Source: Chrysomallon squamiferum
Taxonomy: Eukaryota; Animalia; Mollusca
Reading direction: 5' to 3'
Assembly (NCBI GenBank): GCA_012295275.1
Contig: CM022674.1
Location: 3,162,001 to 3,226,000, forward strand
Length of the DNA: 64,000 nt
Part shown: piece by piece, positions 30,357 through 44,684 of the stretch
Position numbering within the stretch: the stretch's first letter is position 1
Layout of the letters: each line of letters starts with the position of its first letter
Notes under the pieces: model-generated
Told to the model about the DNA's origin: nothing
The model's input: the letters and a program-made list of their open reading frames with translations, nothing else
Databases searched by the model: none
Made by a program: the position numbers and the translations under genes

Positions 30357-31335
30357 CAACTATTTATTTATTCTTTTTTTATCTATTTTATTTCACTTTA
30401 AAAAAAAAAAAAATGTGTCTTCGTTATTTACAGGTACGGCTTATTTTAGTTTTTGCTGGTCATACTTGATCATGGATATAGGCAAACAAAGAAGAAGAAG
30501 AAGAAGAAGAAGAAGAAGAAGAAAAGAAGAAGAAAAAAAAAAGAACAAGAAGAAGAAGAAAAGAAAAAAAAAAAACGTTTGCACTGAAGTGGTACACAAC
30601 GTAGCGTCACTGCAAACAATAACGTCACGAGCCCCGTACTGAAACAAATTTCTGTAAGTGTATCCGCGTCATCAGCTTTCTAGTAACTGGCACTTTTCTC
30701 ACGAGATTGCCGTCTTCAGTTTTCATTTATTTCGCTTCGCGTCCCCTCTCACTACAAAAAAAAACCAGCTTTAAAATGGCTAACTTCTCAGACAAAATCC
30801 GAACAACCCTGTGATTATCCAGGACGATCGAGTTTCTAACTTTTTCATCCAACCTCTGTTTTCGGAGCTCGCGCGACTGTGCGCGGCTGGTTTGATCCGC
30901 TGAAGCGTGTAACACACACTGACGGGTATGGGCTGGTAACAGTCTATTACCGCCTTCGGGTAATTCCGGCGTTGCCCGTAGCTATTAATCGAGACTTTCC
31001 CCTGAACATTATCGTTTCGTTATGCTTTTTGTTTCGGTGGACAAAAGAACGGGTTTTAAATGGATTTGGGGAAGTTTTGAGTGATCTACTGTTGACAGTT
31101 AATGATTCAGAGAAAACATAATTGGTTTTTAAACGTATCGCTGCCATTACACGAGTAACTATTAAGAGATAACTGGTAACAAAAGAAGTGATACCCAACC
31201 GAAAGTTTGACTTCTGTACAGAAGCCTTTAAAAAATATTTACAAATAATTTTAAAAAGAAAACATAAAGTAGTAGAATGTGGAGAAATAGTTACAAAGTG
31301 AAAATAACATATTATGATTCTTTGGAGAGTTGTTG

Positions 31336-31397
<62 letters not shown>

Positions 31398-31503
31398 GCT
31401 GCTGCTGCTGTAGTTGTTATTTTATTATATTTCTGGGGGCGGTCGGTGGGAGTTGATTCTTTGTTGTTGAATGCAGAATGCAAAGAAAGACGCGATAGAG
31501 AGA

Positions 31504-31643
<140 letters not shown>

Positions 31644-32450
31644 AAATTCAGTATTATTTTAACGTGATTATTTTAAAATGCAGACATCAATTTCGGTGTC
31701 TTCCTGGTAATCAAAGCTTTTGTTCTAAAACTGACTTCAGAAGCAACTAAAATAAAAATACACGATGAATTTCCCTAAAACCTTTTTTTTTTTTAAATAA
31801 CTACGTGATTTCTTGTTTTTTTTCTCTTTGTTTCACTTTATCCTGTTGTGAAACACGTACGTTTTAAAACAACTGTGTGTTTAAAACAAAATTCATTTCC
31901 TTAAAAGTCACACGCAAAGCTCTCTTGTTTTAAAAAAAAAAAAAAAAAAAAAAAAACGGTAACTTTTGCCTTGCTTCTATTCGGCGCGTGACTGCCACGC
32001 TCTGTTCGGCGCCAAATATTCCGGAACTACCCGCTGAGTCGCCAATCGGCACGTGCTGCTATCAAAGAACCGAATGTAATGTTTTTCACACCGATGTATA
32101 TTTTTATATATATATTTATTTTTTTTTTACTAAACTGTCTTATATGTGGGAATGCTTTTCCGTCAATTGTTGCTTTATTAAGGAAGCTTGACGAGATGAA
32201 AGAGTCACACGGAAATACAAACAAACACCTGTACTGACAGACAGATGCACACACAGACAAGAAGAGAAGCATTGGGATTAAAGAACAAGAGGAAAGAAAC
32301 GAAGAAATAATGACTTAGAAAAGAGAGAAAGAAAGACTGAAATAGAGAGTGAGAGAAACAGACGAAAGAAAAAGACGTTAATAGAGAGATTGGACGAGTG
32401 AGTGTAGAAGAGAAATTAAGAAATTAAACGATGGCTACCCGAAGAAGGAA

Positions 32451-32544
<94 letters not shown>

Positions 32545-33702
32545 GAGAGCTAGAAAAATATATATGCATGAAAACAAACATACATACATACACACGCATA
32601 CATACATAGAAAGACAAACAGAGAAATAAATAAATAGACAGAAAGAGGAATGTAGATATATGCAGATAAACAGATATTTAGATAGATAGATAGATACATA
32701 CATACATACATACATACATACATACATACATACATACATACATACATACATACATACATACATACATACACACATACATACATAAAGAAGTAGATAAAAA
32801 CACAGATACAAATGATGCCGTTTATGTAGGTCTATAGGTAAAGGGACAAAGTAAAACAGAAAGGGACATCATTTTATATATACAAATTTAAAACTTATGC
32901 TATGTATCACATGACAGTACTAAATCGTCAACATACTAAGTTTTTTTTTTTTTTTTTTTATTTCTCGCTCTAATTATTCGCCCTCAGCTTATTTATTCCA
33001 ACTTAATCAAACGCAAAAAAACAATAAAAACAATAAAAACAATAAAACAATCTCAGCTGACAAGGATTAGCGGCTTAAAATGATCTAATTGTTTCAGAAA
33101 AAACAAATACCACGACGTCTCTCTGATTGGTAACCTCTGTAGTCAACGAGCGTCTGGATAAACAGACTTGTCACTGCTGCGACGTCTACAGCGTCGTCGC
33201 CAAAATGCAGCTGACACGTTTGTTTATCCGTCGTTTGTAACGCAAACAAACCTGCGGGCGCAAGTCTTGCGGCAAGTATTTGTAAATTTCTTTTGTTGTC
33301 AGTGTCAACTCGCGTACACAGTTATGAGTTCGTTATGTGCTGTTACGCGAAATATACATTTGTTTATTTCACGCGTGATATTTTGATAAGCCAGTTTGTG
33401 AGGCATGCCCCAAATCCCTTCTTGAGTATTTATTGACATTTTTTTTTTTTTTTTTTGTATTCAAATAAAAACTGAGATTTTTTTGGTAACACAATGGATT
33501 TGAAATGATTGTTAATTTAAGACAGGTTTTCAGAACAAAATAAAAAAATAATTAAAAAATTGTTTTACGTAAAATTGGAAAAACATAAATTTTTACACGA
33601 AATTGCTTTTAGTCCTAGTTAGACACTTTTTTTTTTAATTATTTATTTATTTATTTGTTCGTTTGTTTGTTTGTTAGTTTGTGTGTTTGTTTATTTGCTT
33701 GC

Positions 33703-33741
<39 letters not shown>

Positions 33742-33790
33742 TTTGTTCGTTTGTTTGTTTGTTTGTTAGTTTGTGTGTTTGTTTATTTGC

Positions 33791-33834
<44 letters not shown>

Positions 33835-34309
33835 TTATTTGTTTGTTAGTTTGTTTGTTTGTAATTTGTTTATTTATTTTTCCATCTGTTGGTTATTATT
33901 TAGGGGTTCTTTTATTTTTTTTTAAATATTAAAGCATTATTGGTTGTTATTGTAGTTTATTATGGTGATTTTAAATGAAGTTTTACACAATTCATGCATT
34001 TATTCTTTTTTATATTATTTTTTAACATTTTACTGAATTTTAAATTATTTATTTATTTATTATTTTTTAGTGTTTTTTTCATTTTTTTTTTTCTTTTATG
34101 TATGTATATATGTATGTATTTTCATTCATTTATTTATTTACTTACTTATTTACTTATTTATTTTAAATTTAAACGAAATAAACCTTTCAAAACATCTGTG
34201 GTCTGCTAACCACTATATTGATTTCACACAGGTATTTAATACTACTGCAACAATGTATGTATATATACACATACACATACATACATATACATATACATAC
34301 ATACATACA

Positions 34310-34345
<36 letters not shown>

Positions 34346-35040
34346 TACATAAATAAATAATAAAAAAAAAAATGAATAAAACTATAAAAATAATAAATAA
34401 CTAAATAAATAAATACATACATACGTACATACATACACACACATACATACATACGTATATACATACATACATACATACATACATTACATACATACATATA
34501 AAATCACAGTCAAAGAGAAAACACTCTTCAGATGTGTTATTAGATACAAACACTTTAACTGTGTCGTCGTATGATTGTAGGAGAAAAACAACATAATTAT
34601 ACCACTAACTTAGTGCTAATCACCCCCCACCACCACCCACCCAGCCCCCAACCCCCACCCTCTCTGTCACGAGCGATGACTCACGTCAGGGGTAACTCAG
34701 TGCTACCACACGTAGAGATTTAGGGGGTAAGGAATTCATCACCACCACCACCCCACGCGAATATGATCTGGAACATCCTTCAAAACAAAATAATTAAATC
34801 ACACGGACGAATGGCATTTGAAAAGTCCAAGTCCGCACAAGGCGGGTATCGTATTTCTGACATGGCTGATACACCCTGATACACAAGCCAAATGTTTGCG
34901 ATCGTCAAAATGACGGGCTTAAATGTTTCGATTTGCTTATCAAGTCCAATCGAACTTCCTCGGGTTTTTTGTTTTATCTTTTTTTCTTATCTCTCGATGA
35001 CAAGAAACGTCATGCGAACTGTTACGTTTGAAATGTTCAG

Positions 35041-35077
<37 letters not shown>

Positions 35078-35305
35078 ATGAATAGGTTGAATAAAGATTG
35101 ATATCTCCACCCTGGATTGTTTTATTACAATGCTAGAGCTTAGTACTGTCACACAGACAGGTAGACTGAAAAGAAATCGCTGAGTGTTAAGATATAGGGA
35201 GAGAAGTAGAAGGAATCAATAATAGGTATAAGAGTTAAAATGCGAGAGGATGTGAGAGAAGAGACAAACAAGGTGGTATGTAGAGAGAGGGAGGGAGGGA
35301 GAGAC

Positions 35306-35395
<90 letters not shown>

Positions 35396-37009
35396 GGTTC
35401 TGCACAGAGAGAGACAGAGAGAGAGAGAGAGAAAGACACAGAGAGAGAGAGAGAGCGAGAGAGAGAGGAGAGAAAGGGGGGAGAATGATGAGAGAATTAT
35501 AAAGAAAGACGCAAGTTACCTGAGACACTTTGTAAACTATCGTACTATCGAATGAGATACAAGCGCAATTTAACATGTATCTACAATAAATACATTTTCA
35601 AACACTAAAAAAAGAAAATTTAAAAAAAAGGATAAAAAATAATAATAATAAAAAAAAAATAATGGGAAATGAAAACCGACAAAATGATCAGCAATCGACA
35701 GAATGGAAAAACTTGTGACCTGTGAATAATTTTTTTTTTTTCAGAATTGCATAACGCTCAAGAAGACGTGTGTCTTGGTTTGAAACTGTTGCCGTTCTTC
35801 GCCTCCACACAAACACTTTTAGGCGTGCTTAGACGTAACCCTACCCTTGTCCCCTGTTAGCCAAACATCGGGAGGCAGTCCACTGTGCAGAAATCAATGT
35901 TACCCATCCCAGCCCTGTCTATTATTCTCGGTGTAACTCGCAGGACAATAGCGGGGTTGGGAAGGGAGAGAGAAAGCTTGTCTCGTAGGAAGAATATCAA
36001 CTTGTGTCCCATCACTAGTTTTCTAAAGACGGTTTATCCAGTGCGGAAATGCGATCCCCAGCAGGTGCCCTCCCTCCCCCTCCCCCCTCCGCTTGTTCCG
36101 GGCGCCGCCATTAATGAAGTGATTACGTCACCGGGTCACAATCCCCGTCTGCCAGCAGTGACCGGCGGAATCGTTACGTCACAGGAGTGATCATAGCGAT
36201 CGGTCGGAATGGGTGCATTACCGGCGTAATGCGCTTTGACGTAAATTGAAAGGCAGAGGCCGTTTGCTAGTCACGTTACATCAACGTTGGGTGAGCTCCC
36301 TTGGAGAGAGAACTCTCCAGCTTAATGAGGTAACATAATGATAATCACTGCCCCGTTCTGAACGCTCCCCCCCCGACTTGATGAGAGTTGCGAGACTGAC
36401 AGTAATATCAGAATGTTCTGAAACATTTAATTGCAGAAATTTTCACGTTTACGGTTTTTCTTTCGATTACTAATGTCCACATCACCGCCATGTAATTTTA
36501 TTCAAAAGAAATCTGCTCCTAGCGAGATGTTCATTTTAAAAAATAAAAAGAAGAATTAACCAAAGGAGAAGAATTTTCTTTTTTTTAAATAACTGTTATT
36601 AAATATCATTATGACTTCGTATCGGTCTCAAACCAGACTTCTTGACGTCATTCATTCCTCTTTATAAATGCTTCGATTTGACTAAAAGACATGAACTTTC
36701 TTTCAAAAATAAATTGTCGACTTGGGAAGAACCACGCCCATGTCAAATGAAACTGTAATTGAGAAATACCGAGCTAAGATGTCGGCGGTTAGTGTACAAA
36801 GGACAGAGAAAGTGAAAAAGCGTGAAAATGTCACTTCTGACATCCCCATCCACTGTCTCTTATACACAGACATATGTACCACCTGGCTAAATGTACCCCC
36901 CTTTCTCTCCGTTATATATTTCGTATATACATATATAAATATATATATATATATACAATTATAATTATTTGGTCTTTACAACATTCAATAATTCAGATAT
37001 ATATCACAT

Positions 37010-37092
<83 letters not shown>

Positions 37093-37692
37093 CGTTTGGA
37101 AAATTATTTTTTTATATTCCATACCAATCCATCAAAGAAAAAAAAAGAGAAGCAGAGAGACATTATTGTTATAATTACTGTAGTAGTAGCTGCAGAAACA
37201 CTAATAGTAGTAGTTGTTGTAGTACTTGTAATAGTAGTAGCAGTAGTAGTAATACTAGCTATAAGAGTTGTAGTAGTAGGAGTAGTAGGAGTAGTAATAG
37301 TAGTAGTAGTGGTAGTAGCAGTAGTAGTAGCAGCAGCAGCAGTAATAGTAGTACAGGTAGTAGTAGAAGTAGTACTGTAGAAGCAGCAGTAGCAGAACAT
37401 CTTTGTTGTATTTTAAGACGTATTATTATAATCTAATATTCCTACCACTGTCATGACTGTTGAAATAAGATTAATTTAGAAGACGTCTCACAAATAAATA
37501 AAGTATTCCTGTTTCTGTTTCCTTCTTGGTAGTCTTATGTTCCCTTACGTTGCTATAACGACGTCAGTTGTTGACGTCATATTCATTCTAAGACTCCAGA
37601 GGTTGAATGAACTTGTTAATTGCATATTTATTTATTTAACTGTTTACTTTTCTATCTACTTTTTTAATATATATATTTTTTTTTTTAAATTT

Positions 37693-37757
<65 letters not shown>

Positions 37758-37859
37758 ATAATTTTATTTATGTATTTTTACAGTTTATTTTACCAAATAT
37801 CTACTTTAGTTCTGTTATGTAACGTATACTGTTAGATTATTGTTGTTTTTGTTTTGTTT

Positions 37860-37925
<66 letters not shown>

Positions 37926-37949
37926 TAATGATGATGATGATAATAATAA

Positions 37950-37980
<31 letters not shown>

Positions 37981-37990
37981 AATGATGATG

Positions 37991-38022
<32 letters not shown>

Positions 38023-38942
38023 TAGTAGTAGTAGCAGTAGTAGTAGAAGTAGTGATTATTTTATATTATTTTTAAATATTTTTATTACAGCTGTTGTTGC
38101 TGTTGTCGTTGACGACGTCATTCTTTATTCCTCTCATTAACATGATTTCCTCGGAGCGGACAAACAACTTGTTTCGACGTGCTCATTATAATCCCCCACA
38201 ATGTTTGTGCTTGTATTTAATATTAACTTTTTTCTTATCGTGGCCCGTACAAAGGTTCCATGTCGTACAATTTGAGCAGAGCCGAGATTACGCAATAAGC
38301 TTTGCGTGCCTCGTGGGAACTCGCTCTCTCTCGCTTTCTCTGTGTGCGCGCTCGGAAAGACTCGAATAAACAGAATTTGATTGATGCCATTTTTCGCTAA
38401 ATATTGTTGCAGTTGCTTGTTACTGTGTAATTGGATAAAGGATAATGACAACAGAATTCAAAATTGTTTGGGGTGGGGGGGAAAACACAGACAGAACGAC
38501 TGCGGTAATGCTCGATGGGAATTACGTGTTACGTCACATCCAAATGAAGCCCATGGTTTTTTTTTTTTTTGGCGGGAAAAGCGCGGAGCGTACCCCCGTG
38601 AGAAACATTAGGCGGCGGAAGAATAACAAAGTGAGGTGTGTGCACAGTCGAGTTAGCTAAATATTAGTGCGCTGGTGTTCTGTGAATGAATGAAAGACGC
38701 GATGACTGACTGAATGTGTGTTTTGTTGTTTTGACATGATTTGGTTCCGACGGAAACGTTTTAGAATATTTTCGCTGAAGATTTGACACTTGAATGATAA
38801 TTAATCATCAGAAAATGTCTTTACTGATGAGGAGGATTTAATGTTATTTAAAAAAACAAATGATTCTGAAGATGATGATAATGTTGGCGTTAGTGAAAAT
38901 GCTCGTGATATTGATGATTCTGACGAATGCTTTAATTCATTA

Positions 38943-39052
<110 letters not shown>

Positions 39053-39193
39053 TGTATGTATGTATGAACATATAATACGTATTCACGAACATGTATTTAC
39101 ATGTATATACATAATTAATTCAAGTATTCGTCATTATTATCATCATACATACCCTCACATGCAGGTACATACATACATACATACATACATACA

Positions 39194-39265
<72 letters not shown>

Positions 39266-39733
39266 AAAATGATATAATATATTCTAAGAAACAAAAACAT
39301 TATATATATAAATATGTATAAAATCAACCTATTATATATATATATATATAATTTGAACACTGTAAATCAAAAGTATATAATTATTACCAATTACACCGGT
39401 TGTTTTTATAACTGTTATTCAATCGGTTTTAAAGAAATAATATTCTGAGCTCTGAGTGATGTTAGAATTGGATCTAAATGTTTGTTCATTTATTCATGTG
39501 TGTTTCACAGTCCTGTTCGCTTCAAGTTACACAATTCCACCGATTTCTATTGCACTATTTCCGTCGTTTTGCATGAATACAGAATTATTTTCATTTCGGA
39601 TATCATCGTGTCAAAACGACGTTCGCTATTTGAACAGATATAATCCCGATTCACTTGTTCGGGTGTCTTCGTGTCCAAACGGAGGCTTACTGTTTGAACA
39701 CGTGTAATCCCGCATCGCCTATTTTCGTTTGGA

Positions 39734-39770
<37 letters not shown>

Positions 39771-40178
39771 CTTTTTCATTTATGAACTTTTGACGCAAAA
39801 GCATCTGTTTATTTCTTTGACTCTGATGTCCAGTTTTGTTCCAACTTTGACCACTCGGACCACAAAGAAGGTGTAGCAGTGTTCAACTGTCCCTCACCTC
39901 CGACAAAGAAACGTGAATCCTCTTCGGGGGACAAAACACAGTCTGTAAAGTCTATTTGCACAGGCTGTAATCACCAGGTCGCCATCTTGTTTTCTCAGAC
40001 AAGTGAACGTGACTTTGCATATCGTCTGCCGCTTTCTGACGACTTCCGGTCACTTGTGCTCGTCGTAACGAATTTCTCAGTGTCGTGTTTTTGTTCCTTT
40101 GATGTTATTTGTGGACAGGGGCTAATCAAAAATTCATTACAGGAGCGGACACAAAGACATTTTTATTATTATTATTTT

Positions 40179-40400
40179 TTTTTTATTTAACTGTATTTAA
40201 AATAAAACTAGTAATAGAATTAGTCTCATATATAAATATAAATGAAAGGTAGATAATTATATTATTTTAATAAAATATAAAGAAATAACCAACAAATAAT
40301 ATATATATATATATTTTAGTAAAATAATATAATTATCTACCTTTCATTTATGAGACTAATCCTATTACTAGTTTTATTTTAAATACAGCTAATTAAAAAA
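40179..40400. repeat. Long inverted repeat (foldback / MITE-like)
   Basis: Left arm ~40179-40279 (ctgtatttaaaataaaactagtaatagaattagtctcata...aatgaaaggtagataattatattattttaataaaatata) is the reverse complement of ~40311-40400, with a few mismatches and one ~10-nt indel. Confidence 0.85.
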
Positions 40401-40802
40401 TATATATATATATAACAAAAAAGTATTTATATACAGAGGGGTTGGTTCTGGTTTAATTTTGTTTTGACTGTCCGTTTAGTTATGAACTTTCAACAAATGC
40501 TAATGATGAATTTAGCTGCGGCTTATATTAATTCTGTCATTAAATCGTTATCTCAAATATTATTCATGCACTTTAATGTGTTTTTTAATGCGTTTTTTAA
40601 TGTGTTTTTTATGCGCAATAATGAATTGTTTTTGTAAACAGGATTTCACCTACTACCAATAACTAAATGTCAATAAGCAATAAAAAATATTTTTATCCAA
40701 ATCTGCACAGTGCCATTTCTTCCGGGTGCCGTTTTTTCCGTACCCCCTATAACTATGTATAATATCCTAGTTCGTTTATCTTTTTTTCTGTCTCAGTCGA
40801 AC

Positions 40803-40920
<118 letters not shown>

Positions 40921-40999
40921 CCTCCTTCTAATGCAATACAAAAGTGCGCCGTTTCTATCATTTTGTCTTTATTTATTTTTTTTTAATTTGTGAACAAGT

Positions 41000-41040
<41 letters not shown>

Positions 41041-41401
41041 AACACGCGCGCGCGCGTGCCCGCATACATGTTAAAAGGGAAGGGAGTGACCCCCCCTCTG
41101 GCGCCCGCCACTGAAAATGAACCTATTCTCACGCTATGACGCAAACATAGGTCAAGCTGCTGGCCTGAAACAATATCCTCTGGTGATGGTGCACTCGCGG
41201 GTCGGAGGTCGGAGGTCAGAGGTCAGGTCGACACTGCAACGGTTGTATTAATCGATTTGCAAGCACGCCAGGTTGTGAACTAGGCTCGCAATGTTGACAA
41301 AAAAACACAGTCTGTACAGACTTATCTGTGTGTGTCTGTTTAACACTGAATAATCGTTTCAGGATGTTTATATCTTTTCTAAGAGAGAGTAAACGTGGAA
41401 C

Positions 41402-41599
<198 letters not shown>

Positions 41600-42145
41600 T
41601 GGACAACGACACATATTTTATACAACATATGAAACCGAGTACATGCACACAACTAAAACATAAGAACATACACATATAATGTAAACACATACAAACAAAC
41701 AACACACACAAATACACACGCTTATACAGGATTGTTATCATTAACATCATCATCGACATCATCAACATCACTGAAAAGAGACAAGACACTTTAAGAAAAA
41801 TCAACTGTAGAAAATATTTGTGAAGTTATTTTAATTTCGCTTTTAATTTTTATAAACTGCATTTCATCATGAAGTTCAGCTGCTTTGTAATTTAAAAAAT
41901 AATTTGATTTGTTTTACTTTTATTCTGTTAAATTCCAACATCAGCACAACGAGATGAACACCTGCACGTGCTAAAAGAACAAAAGAAATGTATACAGGAT
42001 GTATATGTATAAAGAGAAAAAAAGGTGTTAAGAATTTCCAAGCCATAAAAATACCAAGCATCGTCTTCCCAATAAAATATTTCTCCTTTCTACTTTTATA
42101 TCTGCGAGGCTTTCAAATTAAAGAAGTCCTAATATATAGTCGCAC

Positions 42146-42268
<123 letters not shown>

Positions 42269-42568
42269 CCCCTCTTTGTGATTTAGCATTCTGAATAAAG
42301 CTTTTCCAGTTTTAAAGTTAATAAAATATGAATTTTTATCATTAGACATAAAGAATAACTTTTTTTTTTTCTATTTCTTTTGAATTCTTCTTTTTATTCT
42401 TTCTGTTTTCTTGTCACAACACGCTTACTTTTTGTAATAAATTATCACATATTTTGTTTTGTCCTTTAGGCTTTTTATCGCGAGATAAAATATAGGTTTA
42501 TTTATTTTTAGCTTTTTTTAGTTTTTTCTTCCTGTTTCACAAAATTCTGTTTCCACAAAACTATTTTT

Positions 42569-42610
<42 letters not shown>

Positions 42611-43848
42611 TTATATAAATGAAAATAAACTGAAATGAATATGCACACCCTCAAAATAATAATTAATGAGTCTAATTTATAGAAATAGCGAAAATTCGCG
42701 CGGATTCAGTTTCATGCATTGTTAACATATATTTAAAATTTACATAATTATTCGTCGTATAACAGCATTTACATCATATTTATGTGATAATGCAGCACGA
42801 CATTTAATTTTTCCATACATATTTTGACTGCCTTTTCCTTTTGCAAAACGTTAATAAATTACGTAGACAAGACGCAGATGGCTGTAAATCAGAGCTAATT
42901 AATGCAGAAGTGGATCTGCCTGAAAGTGGAAACAGGATCAATGAAGAATTTATTTTTTTATTTTTTTTATTTTGTTATCACGAGTTTTGGAATGTTTTGT
43001 ATTAAGAAGCGAACGAGTTTAAAAGACAGCGCAGTTTACTTTTGGCTTTAAATTATCTCACTTGCTATCGAGGAATATCTTCAGATCATCGAACACGATA
43101 TCCTTGAAGATGCAGATACGCACGGCGTTCGTGACGTCGGACCCGATATGCTATGCAACGACATCATCACGACGTCATTTTTAACCGTTAGTCGGTTTCC
43201 AGCGAAGCAAACGAAAGACAAAAATAGTCCGAATTCTTCTAAATATTTAGACAGGTTTAATTTTGATTTTTTTTTTTTTTTTTTTTGATTAATTAAAGTA
43301 TAATCGACTGCAGGACGACTAACTTTCACGTTCAAAACTTCAATGCCCTCCCCTCCCCCCCCCGGGCGGGAATCCTTTTGATCTCGACTTTCGGAAGCAA
43401 ACGAACCGTGACTCCGTTGAATAGACCGGTGCTCCCGGGCACGTCACGTGACACGCAGTACGTGCTGAGCTCGCGCCGAGCTCGCGCACTTGCGTTCGTA
43501 ATCGTTCGTAATGGTTGTTTATGCGTTCGCCGGGCGACAGAGGGAATTGTCGCTTTTGACTGGCAGTGACTTTTTCGCTTGTTTTTCTTTATTTTGCCAT
43601 CAGAAGGAAAACTGTCTCTTTGATCCTCGCCGCAAGATTAGGCCACAGTTGCAAAAATAATGCAATAAATTATCCGTGGGTGGCTTGGCGTTTTTGTGTT
43701 GTTAAGTGGAAGCGAAATCTGCAGTTGATTTCCTTTCAGTTTGTTTATGAAAGAGATAAAAAGCGAAACGGACAATATAAAGAAACGGACAATGCCATGA
43801 AATAAACAATTAGACAATAGTACGAAACAAAGTAAGAGAGAGACAGAA

Positions 43849-43917
<69 letters not shown>

Positions 43918-44540
43918 CATTTTGCATGTGTTGTACATATTAATTCCTGAAGTCCAACTGCGAATACGTATCAGAAGCTAAAATATAATAAGTCTTATTA
44001 AATATAATTGAAAACGAACAGTTAAATTCGAGTTCGCACATTGTTTATTATAAAAATATTTGATCCTGTTGGTCACAGGTTCATGAGCTAAAGTTAATAA
44101 TGATAGCGAGCGAACAAAACTTCTCCTTAAACTGAATTAACCTTTAAAACTGAAATCAAAGGATCTACGGATTTTTTTGTACTTTTTTTTTTTTTTTTTT
44201 TTTTTTTTTGTAATGAGTTCTGTTATTTTTGGTTACAACTGCAATGGAACATTCGGTTAATTCAAAGAATACTACATCAAAATTATAGTATTCAGCTTCA
44301 TTCAGTGAAAATAAAATGTAGTATTGACCCCACAGTACTAAACTGATATATATATCACAAACGGCATATTGTTTTCTTTTGAGTTTTGTCCATTCTGTAT
44401 TTGTAAACACTGACTTCGGTACAGATGAGTAAAATATACAGTTTATTTTGTATTATTCCTCAAAAATCAATATAGATTCAAAGTAATAGCGTAACTATGA
44501 ATCTAATAGGTTCAGCTGGCCCTATCGTTATCTTATGTTT

Positions 44541-44684
44541 AATTATTCTTCGTAAAAGTATAGATTTATGGAAGCAGTTTAAACTATAGACACAGATTGT
44601 TAGTTTGTCGTTGGGTTATGTTGAATTATTCTTCGCAAGAGAATAGATTTATAGACGAATTTTTATAATACAGACACAGATTGT
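44541..44684. repeat. Degenerate tandem duplication, ~83-bp period
   Basis: aattattcttcg...atagatttat...agacacagattgt occurs twice. Confidence 0.65.
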
